From Defluviitaleaceae bacterium (GTDB lineage Bacteria > Bacillota > Clostridia > Lachnospirales > WRBF01), in the NCBI GenBank assembly GCA_009784685.1, contig WRBF01000025.1, positions 1 to 23,144 of the forward strand: a stretch of DNA of 23,144 bases, written 5' to 3'. This document shows positions 14,574 to 22,406 of the stretch, piece by piece. Made by a program: the position numbers and the translations under genes. The first letter of the stretch is position 1. Each line of letters opens with the position of its first letter. Under the pieces are notes generated by a model. It ran no database searches. It was not told the DNA's origin and saw nothing but the letters and a program-made list of their open reading frames with translations.

Positions 14574-15389
14574 TTGCTCAAAAAATTAAAAGATTTTGCT
14601 AAAATACTAGCGCATAAATCAGTTCGCCATAGGGTTCTTTCGGCGTCAAACGAGCTTTCATTCAGGCTGCTTTTGGCGTTGTTTCCGTTTATAATGCTCT
14701 GTTTTTCAATTTTGGGATTTTTAAATATAAACAGCGAAACATTTCTGGATTACATAAGCGATGCTGTGCCGGAGGCTCTTTTAGATATAGTCTCTGTTTT
14801 CGCTTTGGAAATAATGGAAACCAGAAGCTTAGGGCTTGTTTCGCTTTCGCTTTTTATCGCTTTGTTTAGTGCATCATCAGGTTTTTATGCTGTAATACGA
14901 GGAGTCAATAAATCATATGACTATGAGGAAAGCCGTCATATAGTAGTTGTTCGGCTTTTAAGCGTTTTTCTCGTGTTTGTATTCATTTTGGCAATTGCAT
15001 CAGCAATCGCTGTTGTGGCAGTAAACATAAACATTGTATATACGCTTTTTTCTGACATATTGCTTTCAAGATATGTAATGTTTATAGCCACATTTTTCGC
15101 TAACGCTATTTCACTTGGTATGCTGTTTTTTACAACTATGGTCATATATAAAGTTGCAAGCTGTAAAAAGGTTAGATTCATAAGCGTATTGCCGGGGGCT
15201 GTGGCTGCGGTCGTCTGTTGGGTTTTAGCAACTAAGCTTTTTTCGGTTTATGTAGCTAATTTCGCAAATTATTCAAATATTTACGGAAGCATAGGCGGGA
15301 TAATTATTTTGATGATTTGGATTAACATTATATCTGCCGCATTTTTGTTTGGGAGTGAGATTAATTCGTTACTTGATGTCTCGAAGTAA
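14574..15389 (+). CDS. YihY/BrkB-family (ribonuclease BN-like) integral membrane protein
   Basis: The family N-terminal signature is present (ELSFRLLLALFPFIMLCFSILGFL, SLSLFIALFSASSGFYAV) with 6 TM helices. The TTG start has AGGGTG 5 nt upstream. Confidence 0.8.
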   Translation: MLKKLKDFAKILAHKSVRHRVLSASNELSFRLLLALFPFIMLCFSILGFLNINSETFLDYISDAVPEALLDIVSVFALEIMETRSLGLVSLSLFIALFSASSGFYAVIRGVNKSYDYEESRHIVVVRLLSVFLVFVFILAIASAIAVVAVNINIVYTLFSDILLSRYVMFIATFFANAISLGMLFFTTMVIYKVASCKKVRFISVLPGAVAAVVCWVLATKLFSVYVANFANYSNIYGSIGGIIILMIWINIISAAFLFGSEINSLLDVSK

Positions 15390-15774
15390 TATTAGCAGCT
15401 TAACAAAAAAGCTGCTCTTTAACATACTCGGCTTTCTATTTACAGCAATCGGTGCTGTAGGCAGGTTTGTTCCTCTCGTGCCTACTACGCCGTTTATTTT
15501 GCTCGCCGCTATCTGCTTTTCTAAGGGTAATCAAAAAATTTATAACTGGCTTCGGAAAAGCCCTTTTTTCGGTCCTTACATAGAAAACTACAGAACAAAA
15601 CAAGGCATAAGCCGGCTTCATAAAGCCGTAAGCATTTCACTGTTATGGATAGGGCTTGTTATTTCAATGATTCGCCTGCAAACAACATGGGCTTATTTTG
15701 TTTTGATAATTGTTGGGATTGGTGTTACCGTTCATTTGTTGATGATTAAAACAAGAAAAGATGAGGATGTATAA
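15376..15774 (+). CDS. YbaN/DUF454-family small inner-membrane protein
   Basis: The sequence LLFNILGFLFTAIGAVGRFVPLVPTTPFILLAAICFSKGNQKIYNWLRKSPFFGPYIENYR matches the YbaN family signature (GxxGxxLPLLPTTPFxLLAxxCFxR). The start is taken at the internal ATG (MSRSN..). It overlaps the YihY 3' end by 14 nt. Confidence 0.75.
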   Translation: MSRSNISSLTKKLLFNILGFLFTAIGAVGRFVPLVPTTPFILLAAICFSKGNQKIYNWLRKSPFFGPYIENYRTKQGISRLHKAVSISLLWIGLVISMIRLQTTWAYFVLIIVGIGVTVHLLMIKTRKDEDV

Positions 15775-15791
15775 GATGTTAAGCAGCGAAA

Positions 15792-16631
15792 ATGTTAGCA
15801 ACAGCGATGCCATCAATAGCCATAACGGAAAATAGATTACACAGAATGAGAGTAGACGGAACAGACCTTGAAATGATCGGGGATTTTGCGTTAGGGCATT
15901 TGCATTTTACGATAGTAGACAGCTGGATTTATTACAGCCTAGCCTCAGATTCGGCTTTTAATGTTAACCTTCATAGGATGCGCCCAAACGGAGCAGAAGC
16001 CGGCGTAATCGTCGATGCTGATGTAAGGCATTACGATGTTGTTGATAATTGGATATTCTATAGCGGTTCCGGTGCTTTTAACCTTTACAGGTTTGATCTG
16101 AATAATGGTGAAACTATTCAGATAAGCGATGTATTTTTTAGCAATGGGTTTTTGATTTATGAAGATTGGATTTATTACTTAGATGGAACTGATTTTGGAA
16201 GCACTTTTGAGCCGCTTAGACGAATGAGATTTGACGGCACAAATATCCAAACAATTATCGATAATAGCGAAGAGCTAACTCAAATCTTTGAAGAATTTTG
16301 GATTCCTGTCGTGCCTGTCGGTATTTGAGAATTTATCATTAACGATGGATGGATTTACTATACAGGGACTTTTCACAGCAATCACTCTTGGAATGGCATT
16401 TATAGGGTAAAAACCGACGGATCAGAACGTGAACTGTTTCACACGGCTGATTTTAATGTAAGCAGCATAAATATAGTTGGTGACCGTATGTATTACAGAT
16501 ATCACCGAGACATAGACGGTCAACGCCTGGGCTTTACATTTCGCATAAGCCTTGATGGCTCGGAACATCAAAGTTTAGATTATATGATTTTATCGTGTTT
16601 TCGAGTGCCGCGTCAATCTAATTTAAGCTAA
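15792..16631 (+). pseudogene. Decayed DUF5050-repeat (beta-propeller-like) protein gene that is 5'-truncated, carries an in-frame TGA and has its 3' end disrupted by a MITE-like insertion
   Basis: The DUF5050 motifs (LHRMRVDGTD, WIYYS, LYRFDLNNGE, WIYYLDG, IYRVKTDGSE, MYYRYH) continue in the same frame across the TGA at 16326-16328. There is no signal peptide or N-terminal domain. The reading frame runs into repeat element C. Confidence 0.6.
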
Positions 16632-16830
16632 CATGCTCAAAAGCACGTCATTGCGGGCTTGACCCGCAATCTTCATGCTGTGGGCTGTGAGCCGTGTTCA
16701 TTGCTGTTACAACGTTCAAACATCATTTGCGTTAATAGTGATAAACATAATGTTGAGATTTTTTGCATGAAGATTCCGGGTCGAGCCCGGAATGACAGAG
16801 TTTAGGCATATTCGTTACAAATTAGGCTCA
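16609..16830. mobile_element. MITE-like element copy C (222 bp) with ~65-bp degenerate TIRs, flanked by perfect 15-bp direct repeats (cgtgttttcgagtgc at 16594-16608 and 16831-16845)
   Basis: The left TIR caatctaatttaagctaacatgctcaaaagcacgtcattgcgggcttgacccgcaatcttcatgc matches the reverse complement of the right end ..gcatgaagattccgggtcgagcccggaatgacagagtttaggcatattcgttacaaattagg. The internal mini-palindrome keeps its pairing through compensatory G/C swaps (attgcggg..cccgcaat versus attccggg..cccggaat). Confidence 0.8.
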
Positions 16831-16853
16831 CGTGTTTTCGAGTGCTTTTTTGA

Positions 16854-16882
16854 TTGACATAAACTAATAAGTGTGATATTAT
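16854..16882 (+). promoter_or_regulatory. Sigma-A promoter (TTGACA-17-TATTAT, TG-extended) for the lipoprotein gene
   Basis: The sequence ttgacataaactaataagtgtgatattat starts 9 nt after the right direct repeat of element C. Confidence 0.5.
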
Positions 16883-16944
16883 GGCTTGCATTTAAAATCG
16901 GCTTGCAATTGCAGGTCGATACAATACTTGGAGGTAGAGACTTT

Positions 16945-17733
16945 ATGAAAAAAATTAAAATGCTGCTGCTATCTATTGCAGCAATTGGTATGATGCTTAT
17001 GTTCAGCGCATGTGCTGATAACAACAGCGGCAGCGGGGCACAAACTACAGTTCCGGAGATTACTAGCCAAAATGAAACAGCTGATAATGACGACAACGGA
17101 TCAGATACCGAAAATGGTGATATCGAAGCAGACGGCGCAGGTTCTTCCGTAAGCATTGTAATTCCGGCAGGGTTTGTCGAGTATAACAACGACGCTTTAG
17201 GATTCAGCGTACACCATCCGGGCAGTTGGGTAACTCTTGATGAATCTTTTGATATTAGCGAGGCTATTGAGCTGATTGATGAACTCGGCGGCGAAGTTGA
17301 TGCTATGCTTGATATTTTAAATTCTGTTGATGTAACGAGTGCGGCAGTAATTTGGTATGATTTCGATAATATGGTTGAAGATTTTGCGGCAAACACTAAC
17401 ATAGTTGTTAACAGCTCTGGGGGAGCAACTGTCGAAGATCTTAAATCACCATCAGATCAAGCCGATCTTCAAGACATGTTTGTGGAAATGTATAATCAAA
17501 TATTTGAAGGATTTGAACTTACTCAAGAAATTTCCGGCAGATATCTTGGTAACAACTACTTCGTTACATTCCAATTTAACGCTGCGCCTATGGATATTGA
17601 AATGTCATTTTACCAAGCTATGACTATAGCAAATGGTCAAATGTTCACATTTACCCATACAACACCGGGCGGACGTTTAAATGTTTCCCAAAACGCATTT
17701 GAACAAATGATGTCTACGCTTGTGATTCATTAG
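16945..17733 (+). CDS. Hypothetical acidic lipoprotein (signal peptide plus lipobox ..MLMFSAC)
   Basis: The N-terminus is MKKIKMLLLSIAAIGMMLMFSAC, followed by a D/E/N/G-rich linker and a globular domain of unknown function. The ATG at 16945 has GGAGGT 9 nt upstream. The GTG-16873 extension is rejected. Confidence 0.6.
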   Translation: MKKIKMLLLSIAAIGMMLMFSACADNNSGSGAQTTVPEITSQNETADNDDNGSDTENGDIEADGAGSSVSIVIPAGFVEYNNDALGFSVHHPGSWVTLDESFDISEAIELIDELGGEVDAMLDILNSVDVTSAAVIWYDFDNMVEDFAANTNIVVNSSGGATVEDLKSPSDQADLQDMFVEMYNQIFEGFELTQEISGRYLGNNYFVTFQFNAAPMDIEMSFYQAMTIANGQMFTFTHTTPGGRLNVSQNAFEQMMSTLVIH

Positions 17734-17751
17734 ATGTTTGTGTGTAAGTTA

Positions 17752-17781
17752 CCCCCGAGGTGAATGCCTCGGGGGTTTTTT
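17752..17781 (+). terminator. Rho-independent terminator of the lipoprotein gene
   Basis: CCCCCGAGG-tgaatg-CCTCGGGGG is followed by TTTTTT. Confidence 0.85.
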
Positions 17782-17807
17782 AATTATAGACTATCAAAAT
17801 ATTATTC

Positions 17808-17836
17808 TTGACATTTCAGTATAAAATCATTAAAAT
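17808..17836 (+). promoter_or_regulatory. Strong sigma-A consensus promoter (TTGACA-17-TAAAAT) with no downstream ORF
   Basis: The sequence ttgacatttcagtataaaatcattaaaat follows the lipoprotein terminator. The next plus-strand features are hairpins and a terminator, not a CDS. Confidence 0.5.
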
Positions 17837-17842
17837 AAAGAC

Positions 17843-17980
17843 AGAATTAAAAAAGAGAGTGCTGTCAACACTCTCTTAGTTTAGTCACATACCGCTTGGC
17901 GGTGATGACTGGACTTAGCTTAATTAATTATAAAGTTCAAAAAATAAGCCAATACCTTTGCCGGGGCGGCTTATTTTTTT
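17843..17980 (+). ncRNA. Candidate ~140-nt small RNA (promoter-to-terminator unit, not classified)
   Basis: The predicted TSS is about 7 nt after TAAAAT. The transcript contains the hairpin agagagtg-ctgtcaac-cactctct and a second imperfect hairpin (gtcacataccgc..gcggtgatgac). It ends at aaaataagcc..GCCGgggCGGCttattttttt, which is a GC hairpin plus U-run. There is no ORF with an RBS. Confidence 0.3.
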
Positions 17981-18071
17981 GTGCTCAAAGAAAATAACCG
18001 CCCCCCGCAAGGATAGCGGTTATTCAAAAATATCTCAAAATCCAAGCCTACCGCTTGTTTATGCAAGGTTT

Positions 18072-19712
18072 CTACTCCACAGAAATAATATAGTAATAAA
18101 CCGGTTGTGCCCCATTTTGCACATCAACGCTTATTTCCGGATGGATTTCTTCAATATATTTGGCGATTTTATTTGAGCCGTCTTCGGAAGCTTCCGCCCC
18201 GTAAAAAATCGTTACGTATTCTTCGCCTGTTTCTATCATGCGGTTTACAAGGTCTTTTGCCGCAGATTCAAGGTCTTTTTGTACGGCAACGATATCGTTT
18301 TCAAGAAGGCATAAAAAGTCGCCTTCTTCGATATTAATGTCGTTTACTGTTGTAGCTCTTACGGCATGGGTTATTTGCCCTGTTTTAACATTTTCGACCG
18401 CTTCTAACATTTGCTCTGCGTTTTCCGAAGCGGAGGCAACAGATGAATAGCCTATCATAGCAGAAATCCCTTGAGGTATTGTTTCGCTCGGTATGACGAT
18501 AAGCTTTTGATCAGTATAAAGCTTTGCGGCTTGTTCGGCGGCAAGGATTATGTTTTTGTTGTTCGGGAAAATTATTACTTCTTTTGCGTTTGCCTTTTTA
18601 GCAGCAGCGATAATATCCTCAGCACTTGGGTTCATAGTTTGACCGCCATCCACGACAACATCAACGCCTAGGCCTTTAAATATTTCACGAATCCCGCTTC
18701 CTGCGGCAACAGAAACGAATCCCAGTTCTTTTTGCGGGATATTTTGTTCTGCCGCTGTAATCACATTATCTGAAAGCTCAGTATGCTGTTCCCGCATGTT
18801 TTCGATCTTAATGTTTGCAAGAGGACCTTCTTTAAGGGCATATTCTAAAACAAGCCCGGGGTTTTCAGTATGAACATGAACTTTCATAATATTACCATCT
18901 GCAACAACGACTATTGAATCACCTATCGTTTCAAGGTATTTTTTAACTCGATTTTCAAGCATTTCAGATGCCGTTTGAATATTAACGATAAATTCCGTGC
19001 AATATCCAAACTCAATTTCCTCATCAGACATAGCTGCTGCTGATTGTACGGCAACCGTTGCTGATTTTTCATAATCATCGACTTTAACATCGCCTTCAAT
19101 ATCAGAACTTGCAATTGCCCCTTCGATTACTAAAAGAAGCCCTTTACCGCCGGCGTCAACAACGCCCGCTTGCTTTAAAACCGCAAGCATATTTGGAGTA
19201 TCATCTAAAACAGCGTAACCATGCGCCATTGTTTCATCCATCATATCGCAAAGCTCAAGTGAATTTTCAGCGCATTCACGAGCTTTTTCGCCTACTGCAC
19301 GGGCAACTGTAAGAATAGTTCCTTCCCGAGGTTTCATAACGGCTTTATATGCGGTTTCGTAACCTTTAACAAACGCATCTGCAATATCAGCTGCTTCGGC
19401 GAACTCTTTGCCGTCAAGTCCTTTTGCAAAACCCCTAAAAAGCTGTGATAAAATAACGCCTGAATTTCCTCTTGCGCCCCTTAAAGAACCGCTTGAAGCT
19501 GCCTTTGCAACTTCGGAAACAGTAGGTTCAGTAAGCTTTTCGACCTCTCTTGCTGCCGCTAAAAGGGTGTATGACATATTTGTGCCGGTATCGCCATCAG
19601 GAACGGGGAAAACATTAAGCGCATCAATAGCTTGGCGATGTCTGTTAAGTTCGTTCGCCCCGGCTATTATCATCTTTTTGAGCATATTGCCATCTATTAT
19701 TTGAATATTCAA
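18072..19712 (-). CDS. yloV: DAK2-domain fusion protein YloV (DegV/Dak-like, fatty-acid-kinase-related family)
   Basis: The 546-aa protein has an N-terminus (IDGNMLKKMIIAGANELNRHRQAIDALNVFPVPDGDTGTNM) diagnostic of the YloV DAK2 family. The TTG start has GGAGGA 6 nt upstream. It sits 16 nt downstream of the Asp23-like gene, the conserved pairing. Confidence 0.9.
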   Translation of the reverse strand: MNIQIIDGNMLKKMIIAGANELNRHRQAIDALNVFPVPDGDTGTNMSYTLLAAAREVEKLTEPTVSEVAKAASSGSLRGARGNSGVILSQLFRGFAKGLDGKEFAEAADIADAFVKGYETAYKAVMKPREGTILTVARAVGEKARECAENSLELCDMMDETMAHGYAVLDDTPNMLAVLKQAGVVDAGGKGLLLVIEGAIASSDIEGDVKVDDYEKSATVAVQSAAAMSDEEIEFGYCTEFIVNIQTASEMLENRVKKYLETIGDSIVVVADGNIMKVHVHTENPGLVLEYALKEGPLANIKIENMREQHTELSDNVITAAEQNIPQKELGFVSVAAGSGIREIFKGLGVDVVVDGGQTMNPSAEDIIAAAKKANAKEVIIFPNNKNIILAAEQAAKLYTDQKLIVIPSETIPQGISAMIGYSSVASASENAEQMLEAVENVKTGQITHAVRATTVNDINIEEGDFLCLLENDIVAVQKDLESAAKDLVNRMIETGEEYVTIFYGAEASEDGSNKIAKYIEEIHPEISVDVQNGAQPVYYYIISVE

Positions 19713-19728
19713 CTTTTTTCCTCCCGCC

Positions 19729-20085
19729 TTATCTGTCTACTCTGATGCCTTCGACAAATATGTTTACGGCCTCGACTTTAATTTTTGTATGTTCTTCGAC
19801 TCTATATCTAACCATATCAACAAGCGAATCAGCAATTGCAGGGATATTTGTTCCGTATTCTACAATAATATGCAAGTCAATCGTCAAAAATCCACCGTGC
19901 ATGTTTAAACTTATTCCCTTAGATAAATTTTCTTTCTTTAAAAGGCGGACAATTCCGTCTTTAACATTCAAAGAAGCCATTCCAACTATTCCATAGCATT
20001 CCATAGCGGAAAGCCCGGCAATCCTTGCTATTACTTCGTTTTCTATAACTATTTTACCATACCCGGTTTTTGTGCTTGATGGCAT
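19729..20085 (-). CDS. yloU: Asp23/Gls24-family (alkaline shock protein-like) protein YloU
   Basis: The 118-aa protein reads ..IVIENEVIARIAGLSAMECYGIVGMAS.. and has the Asp23 fold signature. The ATG has AGGAGGA upstream. Confidence 0.85.
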   Translation of the reverse strand: MPSSTKTGYGKIVIENEVIARIAGLSAMECYGIVGMASLNVKDGIVRLLKKENLSKGISLNMHGGFLTIDLHIIVEYGTNIPAIADSLVDMVRYRVEEHTKIKVEAVNIFVEGIRVDR

Positions 20086-20318
20086 AAGAGTCCTCCTGTT
20101 TCAGCAGCGCACAGAGGAAAACGCCGCAGATAGTTTTTGTGCTTGATACCCTCCGTTTCGGTTAAATACATAAAATCAGCTATTTTAATATATTCTCTAT
20201 TATACATGATATTCTGGAATTAGCAACTATTATAGTCAAATGATTTTGAAACTATAGTTTGGTTCGTAATCATTCGATATAATTTTCATTCTCTGCCCTA
20301 TTTCTTGACTATAGCTCC

Positions 20319-20356
20319 AAAGCCAAAAACCCCGCTAAAACGGGGTCTTTGGCTTT
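20319..20356 (-). terminator. Rho-independent terminator of floT
   Basis: The minus-strand RNA reads AAAGCCAAAGACCCCG-uuuuag-CGGGGUUUUUGGCUUU. It lies 19 nt downstream of the floT stop. Confidence 0.7.
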
Positions 20357-20374
20357 AAGATCATAATTTATTTG

Positions 20375-22009
20375 CTAATTGTCATCAGTCTTGCCTGCAC
20401 TTTCAGCATCACCATCGCCGCTGCTTTTACGCAAACCGTTGATAATGCTGTTTAAATCAAGCGGCATAGTGTTACCATCGTTCATGGCATCAGAACGCAC
20501 ATTTGCTTTCATTAACATTTCCGGGATACCTGCCAGTGTATCCAAGAGTATATTGCCTGTTTTGTCTGATCCGGAAGAATCTCCTCCAATATGCACAAAT
20601 TTAGCATTAGTTCCGACCTCGGCCATGACTTTAGCAACGTTAGTAGCGATCTCGACTTTTGCATTTGCTTCAATTTTCAGCTCTTGAACCCGGAAGTTAA
20701 CGCTCTCGTTTGCGGCAAGAGCATTTGCCATTTCCAGTTCAGCTGTCGCCTTTGCACGTCCTTGAGCTTCAATCGCTTCAGCTTCAGCAAGACCTTTTTG
20801 CTTAATGATCTCAGCATCTGCTGTACCAACTTGAGTAATACGAGCTTGCTCGGCGGCGGCTTCCAATTTAACTGCCTCTGCGTTACCGCCCGCTTCGAGT
20901 TTAACGGCTTCAGCTGCGCCATCGGCTTTGCGTTTAATCGCTTCGGCTTCACCATCAGCAGAAATTTTGATAGCTTTGGCTTTACCATCGGCTTCAATTG
21001 CTGCCGCTTTTGCTGTTGCATCAGTATCAATTTGAAGTTTGGCTGCTGCTGCGTCGGCTTGCCCCTTAGTTTCTATAATTAGGCGTGCGGCTTCGGTTTC
21101 AGCAACTTCATTTTGCTTTTTAGCTACGGCGTTCTCTTTTTCCGTTGCCACAACCTTAGCATCACCTTCTCTGGCATTAAGTTCAGCTTGACGTTCCTGG
21201 GTTTGGATAGCACCTGCCATATCTGCATCAGCTTGTGCCCTTTCAGTTTCAACTTTAAACCCGGCTTTCTTAACGTCATTATCACGCCGTTTTTCAGCAA
21301 CCGCAAGGTCAGCCGCAAGTTCAGCTTCCTGAGCCTGTTGGTCAGTCGAAGCTCTTTTCTCACGGATTTCTTGCTCTGTTGTAGCACGAGCAATTTCCGC
21401 TTCACGGCGTTTCTCTTCAGTTTGAGCCGCCGCCATGTTATCATAGTAACCGATATTGTCACACACATCGTTGATATTCAACGTGGACAGTCTAAGACCG
21501 AGCTCATCAAGGTCAGGCTTAGTAGCAGTGACTATATTGACAACAAATTCCTTTTTGTTTGTAAGCACATCTTCCGGTGTCATGCTCGCAATAGTTTCAC
21601 GAACATTTGCTTGAATAGTATATTTCACAGATTCTTGGATGCCTGATGCACCCCTGTCAATAAAAAGCCTAATAGTTTTTGCCAGTTTTGCACTATCGTC
21701 GGTCTGAACCGATACTTGAGCAGTCCACTTGATGACTATCGGCACGGCTTTATTTGTACGCACCTCATCACCTGCTTCGGTGATTGTCATTATATCGAGT
21801 GGAAAGAGTTTTGCTTTTTGAAGAATAGGGATAACAAAGGCTCCGCCGCTGACTCTTACTTTTGGCTCCTTACAGCCAAAACCGGTAATGACGAGAGCAC
21901 GATTAGGCTCGGCGACCTTGTAGAGAGCAAACAAGACTAAAACAATGATTAATAATGATGCAACCCCCATTATGACCGGCCAAAACCATGCTGCACTTAA
22001 AATTGTCAT
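20375..22009 (-). CDS. floT: Flotillin-family SPFH/band-7 membrane scaffold protein (FloT/YuaG-like)
   Basis: It has an N-terminal TM hairpin, an SPFH domain, and a long Ala/Glu/Lys-rich coiled-coil region with EA-repeat flotillin motifs. The start is the ATG at 22007-22009 with AAAGGAG 7 nt upstream. Confidence 0.85.
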   Translation of the reverse strand: MTILSAAWFWPVIMGVASLLIIVLVLFALYKVAEPNRALVITGFGCKEPKVRVSGGAFVIPILQKAKLFPLDIMTITEAGDEVRTNKAVPIVIKWTAQVSVQTDDSAKLAKTIRLFIDRGASGIQESVKYTIQANVRETIASMTPEDVLTNKKEFVVNIVTATKPDLDELGLRLSTLNINDVCDNIGYYDNMAAAQTEEKRREAEIARATTEQEIREKRASTDQQAQEAELAADLAVAEKRRDNDVKKAGFKVETERAQADADMAGAIQTQERQAELNAREGDAKVVATEKENAVAKKQNEVAETEAARLIIETKGQADAAAAKLQIDTDATAKAAAIEADGKAKAIKISADGEAEAIKRKADGAAEAVKLEAGGNAEAVKLEAAAEQARITQVGTADAEIIKQKGLAEAEAIEAQGRAKATAELEMANALAANESVNFRVQELKIEANAKVEIATNVAKVMAEVGTNAKFVHIGGDSSGSDKTGNILLDTLAGIPEMLMKANVRSDAMNDGNTMPLDLNSIINGLRKSSGDGDAESAGKTDDN

Positions 22010-22107
22010 AACCTTACTCCTTTCCGACACATATTTAGTGTCACTCTATATTACGTTTAAATGATGCATAGCGTTCAAACGCAAAACATCCCAGTTTATT
22101 TAGCGAT

Positions 22108-22137
22108 ATTATATCATTTTATCAAGTAAAGTGTCAA
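22108..22137 (-). promoter_or_regulatory. Consensus sigma-A promoter for floT (TTGACA-18-TATAAT)
   Basis: The minus strand reads ttgacactttacttgataaaatgatataat, with a ~95-nt leader to the floT ATG. Confidence 0.55.
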
Positions 22138-22198
22138 TATATTGTCGAATATTTGTCGATTTTTTGAATTAACAATGCGAATCAAATGTTGATTAGAA

Positions 22199-22292
22199 TC
22201 ATTGTCAAGCCCGCAACATGTCAATCTAATTTGAGCGAACATGCTCAAAAGCACGTCATTGCGGGCTTGACCCGCAATCTTCATGCTGTGGA
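22199..22292. mobile_element. Solo or truncated copy D of the MITE core (half hairpin plus the ~70-bp core)
   Basis: The sequence attgtcaagcccgcaacatg + tcaatctaatttgagcgaacatgctcaaaagcacgtcattgcgggcttgacccgcaatcttcatgctgtgg has 2 mismatches over 70 bp versus copy C. It is in the same orientation as copies B and C. Confidence 0.8.
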
Positions 22293-22360
22293 ATGACAAA
22301 AGTTTATTTAACTCTTGATTGGCATTAGCAAAATAATATTTGTGACTTTACCATCTTATA

Positions 22361-22369
22361 TGATATAAT
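22361..22369 (+). promoter_or_regulatory. Extended -10 promoter (TGaTATAAT) for the PPTase gene
   Basis: The sequence tatgatataatg lies about 37 nt upstream of ATG 22407. Confidence 0.4.
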
Positions 22370-22406
22370 GCAAACACTTATTTTATGCATACCAGGAGTT
22401 TTACAA

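Noticed and set aside
16815-17402. 195-aa Ser-rich ORF antisense to the lipoprotein gene
   Set aside because: It is the reverse-complement frame of the D/E/G-rich linker of the lipoprotein. It has no RBS and would be incompatible with the strong promoter, RBS and terminator of the sense gene.
20591-21646. Several 100-180-aa ORFs on both strands inside floT (20591..21082+, 21113..21646+, 20677..21030-, 21124..21468-), one of them Cys-rich
   Set aside because: These are shadow ORFs created by the low-complexity Ala/Glu/Lys-coding coiled-coil region of flotillin (GC-rich GCn/GAA repeats leave alternate frames open). None has an RBS and the products are low complexity. The flotillin frame explains the region.
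22114-22299. 61-aa ORF (..KIAGQARNDV..) on the minus strand
   Set aside because: It is translated from the MITE-like repeat core and the floT promoter region. This is a typical repeat-derived artefact.
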